DNA of 64,000 bases from assembly GCF_964204645.1 (NCBI RefSeq), contig NC_134032.1, positions 1,918,416 through 1,982,415 on the forward strand, in the 5' to 3' direction. A program made the translations under genes and the position numbers. Positions 62,401 to 64,000 of the stretch are shown in pieces. Source of the DNA: Tubulanus polymorphus. Lineage: Eukaryota > Animalia > Nemertea. The notes under the pieces are model-generated. The model searched no databases, was not told the origin of the DNA, and saw only the letters and a list, made by a program, of their open reading frames with translations. How positions within the stretch are numbered: the stretch's first letter is position 1; each line of letters opens with the position of its first letter.

Positions 62401-63481
62401 CCTTGCGCCGTACCCAATTTACGAAAAATAGAATTCGCATCGGAATAATAATTTGTTGTCGTATTTTGTACGCTAAGCCCTGATCGAATTAAGCGGCAAA
62501 ACGGAATCGATATTTCACATTTTATCCTGTACCGTTCCCGATTTACGGAATTTATATATTTTGAAATCATATTCGCGCATTTCGTAAATTGATGAAATTG
62601 TTACTAGATACATTTTCGATTCTGTTCATGAAACTTTATTAGTCTAGAATTTCTATTCATGGCTTTAGGAGAAATGCTTTGCTCATTTTAACTCAAATAT
62701 ACTTTGAATTTATTTTTCTACTCGGATATCGGCGTAGTTTCCATAAAATTTGATCTGTTTAAGAGAAAAGTTCATTCGGCGTTCATTGAAATGTAGAAGA
62801 AATTGAACGCGAAAGACTGAGTTACTACTAGCGGCACCTGGCGGATCCTTGCGTGCCGCGGCAGTGTTTGTAGTTCCCCATTAGCATTGCGCCATCCTCC
62901 CTCTGCAGGGACTCGAACCTGATGGCATCGCTACACTCAGCCACGGCACGAACCCCTGCATCAGTAGACCGGGTGCGCAGGTACATGCGCAGCTTTCCGA
63001 ACGAAAACTGGCGGCACCAATCAGATTGCTCGTCGTATAATCGTTGAGGCAAATTTCAAGGAAGAACTATAAATGGGAAAACCCGGGCTAAAATAAAACT
63101 GATTGGCTAAAAATCACACCATCCTAACTGCGCGTGTATCTGCGCACACGGTCGATTATGGCAGGGTTTCGTGCCGTGGCAATCTCGATGCCATCAGGTT
63201 CGAATCCCTGCCGGGGGTTCAGGATTTTATGAATGCGTAATTCGTAACATGGTCGCTTGTGCGATTTGTATAATGATAAACTTGTCGATGAATTCATCAT
63301 GTTTTCTCGCGGAATATAAGTCGTCACGTTTTCTGCGTTTCAGTCGTACGACGTTTTCAGAGAGGGCCAAAAGAACGGACATTTCTTCTCGGTGTATCAA
63401 CGCTCGCTGTACAACGTCGACAGACTGACCGGACAACCGATCTGGACTCGACAACAAACCGGCTATCAAAAATATTTCAAG
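53472..63481 (+). CDS. ASPH: Aspartyl/asparaginyl beta-hydroxylase, 5' part (continues beyond the window)
   Basis: Exons 53472-53538, 54606-54791 (TM helix), 55875-56101, 56741-56978, 58097-58233, 59281-59475, 63344-63481, GT-AG with consistent phases. GKIEAA..KYPSSSR..GKA..SNPILEQCI..LPDVP, GFAQAHYGFILK, HLGDAL and GHFFSVYQRSLYNV match the ASPH TPR region. Confidence 0.93.
53735..54550. repeat. ~45-56-bp minisatellite in ASPH intron 1
   Basis: Repeated aaactccttatatccaggaatcactgatctgcagggaccctgttt(aaactccttgt). Confidence 0.92.
55365..55742. repeat. MITE with tandemly amplified terminal unit
   Basis: Repeated ccagttccacagttgtgagttagagttaactctg, ending ...gaggaactggatcc. Confidence 0.8.
59925..60910. 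repeat. Diverged ~500-bp tandem duplication in ASPH intron 6
   Basis: Blocks actccacaacc..cacatgcacatacctgt..agctcatataatcaatgcgct..gtccgccattttgtccatttt occur twice (from ~59940 and ~60456). Confidence 0.75.
61050..61275. repeat. 32-bp minisatellite (~7 units) just downstream of the GPCR stop codon
   Basis: Repeated gtcatcttggagtcagtgaacttggatattga. Confidence 0.9.
61282..62268 (-). CDS. Intronless class A (rhodopsin-like) GPCR, FMRFamide/peptide-receptor-like orphan group, 328 aa
   Basis: Seven hydrophobic segments; GxxxN in TM1, YLTALAVTD in TM2, SERFVCVCFPF (DRY-equivalent), LTLP in TM6, NYSINFFLY in TM7. Lies antisense inside ASPH intron 6. Confidence 0.9.
   Translation of the reverse strand: MGGETVRNMSTGANLLVTYWSKVIENRFVNAAEMRLSEYWMHLVVLPVLVIGGFLFNSFTVVLMQSRNLRRNTFSVYLTALAVTDSAVLIPYFLFWMNFVSLQTGGSLIVEIESTPRCLMIGILPTTSQTLSAWFMTTIASERFVCVCFPFAVRRICTVRNSRITVTGMSVFLVGFVTALQSLTPIYYIRGAGCVYPAHAKKYLKVFYSSLSVYAPSIGIVVLNSVISARTCQLLKVDFDSNASDKRRSHSHKVTAMMFILTMSFLALTLPHWLIQIVMIGTTSRSLKILDDIFTVIYISNYSINFFLYIATGTEIRKEIPRLIVCLK
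62893..63218. mobile_element. Second copy of the Mutator-like MITE
   Basis: Near-identical to 28448-28776; right terminus altered. Confidence 0.8.
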
Positions 63482-63597
63482 GTAACATTGGTTCCACTGT
63501 GAACACCGGGGGCTGGTTCCATAGTCCGAGTATCAAAGTTATTCCTCGGGGTAAACCCTTAATCTAGGTGACACCCACCTTAGTAAGTTAGAAACCC

Positions 63598-63868
63598 TGG
63601 GACCGGTTGCATAGTCATGGCTAGACTTAAGACCTGGCTAAGACCAACTTAGTTCTATAGACAATCTAACAACTTAAGACCAGTCTTATATATTTAAGAC
63701 CAATTTTGCACTTGAGTCACGACTGTGCAACTGGCCCTTGGGGCCGGTCGCATAGTCATGGATTAGACTTAAGACCAACTTAGTTCTGTAGCCAATCCAA
63801 CAACTTAAGACCAGTCTTAAGATTTAAGACCACTTTTGGACTTAAGTCTCGACTACGGAACCGGCCCC
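63598..63868. mobile_element. Two adjacent copies of the CTTAAGACC MITE
   Basis: Same family as 2946-3078. Confidence 0.7.
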
Positions 63869-64000
63869 TGGTAACAACTGACGAATTTCAAAATATTCCC
63901 AGGGACTATTTTTCTTCCACATCTATGAAACCCAGCCAAGGAGACTCTGATAACCACGTTTCTCTACGAAAGGTGTTCGAACCCGATGATGCTATCGCGA

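Overview
AT-rich, intron-rich animal (invertebrate-like) genomic DNA; the species cannot be determined from sequence alone, and most ORFs in the supplied track are spurious. Reading splice sites by hand gives these genes: (1) a selenoprotein U / PRXL2A-family gene on the minus strand with an in-frame UGA in a UxxC motif and a textbook SECIS element in its 3' UTR; (2) nested in its intron on the same strand, a complete small three-exon gene (TATA box, 5' UTR exon, signal-peptide exon, mature-peptide exon, polyA signal) encoding a 25-aa inhibitor-cystine-knot (knottin, toxin-like) peptide that the ORF track misses; (3) COMMD8 with an intronless CDS; (4) an RNA polymerase I subunit RPA34 (POLR1G) gene with an unusual ~510-aa Nopp140/Treacle-like N-terminal extension; (5) the 5' seven exons of ASPH; (6) an intronless class A GPCR nested antisense in an ASPH intron. 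Also present: a tandem array of nine 69-bp minimal hammerhead ribozyme motifs, other Penelope-like hammerhead relics, an orphan decayed eIF2B-delta exon, two copies of a large non-autonomous DNA transposon (one carrying a 5'-truncated LINE), many MITEs, and mini/microsatellites. The first ~24 kb has no protein-coding gene I can support. Homology calls rest on recalled family motifs, not database searches.
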